Origin: Geosiphon pyriformis uo1 | Lineage: Eukaryota > Fungi > Glomeromycota | NCBI GenBank assembly: GCA_016748015.1 | Contig: JAAOMT010000639.1 | Coordinates: 1-64,000 of the forward strand | Direction: 5' to 3' | DNA: 64,000 nt | Part shown: positions 61,579 through 64,000 of the stretch, in pieces | Layout: the number at the start of each line of letters is the position of its first letter | Position numbering within the stretch: position 1 is the stretch's first letter | The notes under the pieces: generated by a model | What the model was told of the DNA's origin: nothing | The model's input: only the letters and a program-made list of their open reading frames with translations | The model's database searches: none | Made by a program: the position numbers and the translations under genes

Positions 61579-64000
61579 TGTTACTTATAGAAAATAGGTA
61601 GAGAAAACCATATAAAAAAAATAGACCAATAAGGGATCAGTATTTAACACATGATTACATTGCTTAGCAATATGGAGCATTGGCAGAAAACATAGCATAT
61701 TGTTCAGCAATGTGAGCATTGTTCAAAAAAATCATAGCACATTGCTTAAAAATGTGAGTGATCTTGTAGAACCCAAATTATGTATATATAGCTATAATAT
61801 TAGAAATAGAAAAAACAGACCTCTCTAGTTTAGATTTAATCTAAGCAACCTCTTAATTCACAATCATCAAATAAATAATTAGTTTTATCTCAATTCACAC
61901 TCTACTATCAACATCTCATGTTGATAAAACTTAATACTTAATCACATGAGAACAATAGCTCTTGATCACGACTATTAATGGAATACTAACTTATTCATTA
62001 CCTTGACTTATTTCCTTATTTCATTTTCTTTTATTTTTCTTTTATTTTTTGTTGTTATTACTAACTCTATTAAAGAGGATTATCACACAGAGGTACTAAC
62101 GTCAGAATATAGCACTAATAAAAAACCCAAAAATAAGGGTAGGATACTCGATTGAGGATAGCTTACCAGGAAAAATACTGGCCATCAAGCTGAGAAAGAA
62201 ATTGACAAAACTGTGGTTTTGAGAAGCTACAAATAAAACTATTACTACTGAATCTTTGTCTATTATACAAAGAACTCAATCAAAACCTTCAGAGAAACAC
62301 ATCTTCAGATTTCCAACATTAACAACAGCTTTGAGCACCAAGTTATGGGTTTTATTACTTACTCTAACATCCCAAGTAATCATTTGTAATATTTGGTGCT
62401 CTCTATGAGGTATAATCTTACAGAAAACCAGCACCAACAACTCCATCCAAAAGTGGCAGAATCAGAAAACGTAAGAGCAAACCATCTAAGATTTACAAAA
62501 TTATTATTTCAACACTACTGTTAACACTTGAGATTAATCCCAAATTACATATCAGCAGAATCAGTCTTTAACTTTTATGTCAATGAAAGAATTGTTTACT
62601 TATTAGGAACAGCAACAAATACTGAATCAGCAAGAGAAACTTTTTACAACAAATTAATCCAAAACAGCAGCTTACCAACAAACTATAATTTCACATCCAT
62701 CATTACTAAGATTAATAAAGAAATTAAACATCATACACAACAGAGATACCCAATTACCTACACAAGTAAAGGCAAAAGAAAACTACAAACATCAACAGTA
62801 ATACCTAAAGGAATACAACCACCTACTTGAAAGAAACACAGAGTTGAATTACCTACTAATTCATCATATCATTATACTTCTGAAAGTGCTATCAATATTG
62901 CATCAACAGGTGTGTCCACATCAAACATGACATCAACATTTGGATGATTTCCATTTCAAAATAAACAAAGGAAAAAAGACTTATTAAGACCATATAGCAC
63001 ATATTTTAAAGGATTTAAATCATGATTGCCAACACCATTAGGATTTCAATCATCACCACCTCAACCAGATTTTGGAACTGTGAGTCCTTAAGAAGTCACA
63101 AAATTGGAAGGAGAACAAGAAGAAAAGGAAGAAGAATCTGAGGATCAGAAATTTACTTACCAAAACCCGATTCCAGAAAACCCAGAATTTGGAATTTTGA
63201 ATGCTCAAACTCTGAAAAATCCAAATCAAGAAAATCTGGAAATTAAAACTCCGAATTTTCAAGCTCAGCCAAATCAGAATGATTGAAACCCCGAAGCAAT
63301 CAATTAGCTGAACTTACCTCCAAATATTATTATTGATCATCCACCCATTGATTCAATAGCACAACTACTACTACAGCAACTTATCCAGCAACTGATTCAA
63401 CAACTGCAACAACAGCTTCAATTACCAATACAATAACAGCAACCAATTGCACCAATGGCTTTTGTACCAATTGTAAAACTTGAGAAGTTCACCAACAAAG
63501 AGGATGACACCCAAGCATAGATTAATGATGTCGCCAAAGTCATCACCACAAATAATTGGGATGACACAAGAACAAGCAAGTCATCCTATATTTCTTAAAG
63601 GATACCACCAACTTATGATATTATAGCTTGGCCCAGAAACCCCAAAATTTTAATGCATTTAAAATAGAATTCCTAAGATATTTCAGTGATAATAACAGCA
63701 TCAACTGCCTGGCAAGTACTTTTACCACCATAAAACAAGGGGACACAGAAGCAGTTACCACTTACTTGGGACGTTTCCACAGAAATCTGTGTCAAATCCA
63801 AGCTATCTAAGCTGATTACTTTATAGCACCACAAATCTTAAATCAGAACATCAGAGGCTTATGCAGCAGCATCCTCCAATAAGTATATCCAATGTATCTG
63901 GTAGACCTTCCTACCATAGTTACTTATGCTAGAGATTTTGAAACTGCTGAGTTAAAAGCCAATCACGCCCAAGCTGTGAATTTAGTAATGAATGGATCAT
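61579..64000 (+). mobile_element. Gypsy-4: 5' LTR (61579-62391), PBS and decayed gag; runs off the window
   Basis: TGTTACTTATAG...TGTAATA; PBS TGGTGCTCTCTATGAGG; gag fragments 62528 and 63628 homologous to Gypsy-2 gag. Confidence 0.9.

Overview
Eukaryotic, very AT-rich fungal-type DNA; intron style and TE families suggest Glomeromycota/Mucoromycota, possibly Geosiphon-like (inference only). The first ~7.3 kb is genic: a small spliced hypothetical gene, a decayed THAP-like/transposase-like remnant and a 4-exon TPR + GT41 O-GlcNAc-transferase-like gene (~1168 aa). From ~7.4 kb to the end it is a nested transposon block: a TA-flanked MITE, two tail-to-tail RNase H-bearing LINEs plus a third LINE remnant, three full-length Ty3/Gypsy elements (25410-34829, 38304-59714, 45669-55466), the 5' part of a fourth, one non-autonomous LTR derivative and three solo LTRs. 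All complete LTR insertions have TGTTAC...GTAACA-type ends and 4-bp target duplications. The most striking feature is an architecture shared by three diverged Gypsy copies: one long gag-protease-multi-CxxC domain-dUTPase-RT-RNase H ORF that stops right after RNase H, an integrase in its own ORF behind a CA-rich spacer, and a third conserved unknown ORF ending at the polypurine tract. One RT region contains a Nextera adapter and a duplicated fragment (assembly artefact). All coordinates and translations were read by eye; no searches were run.
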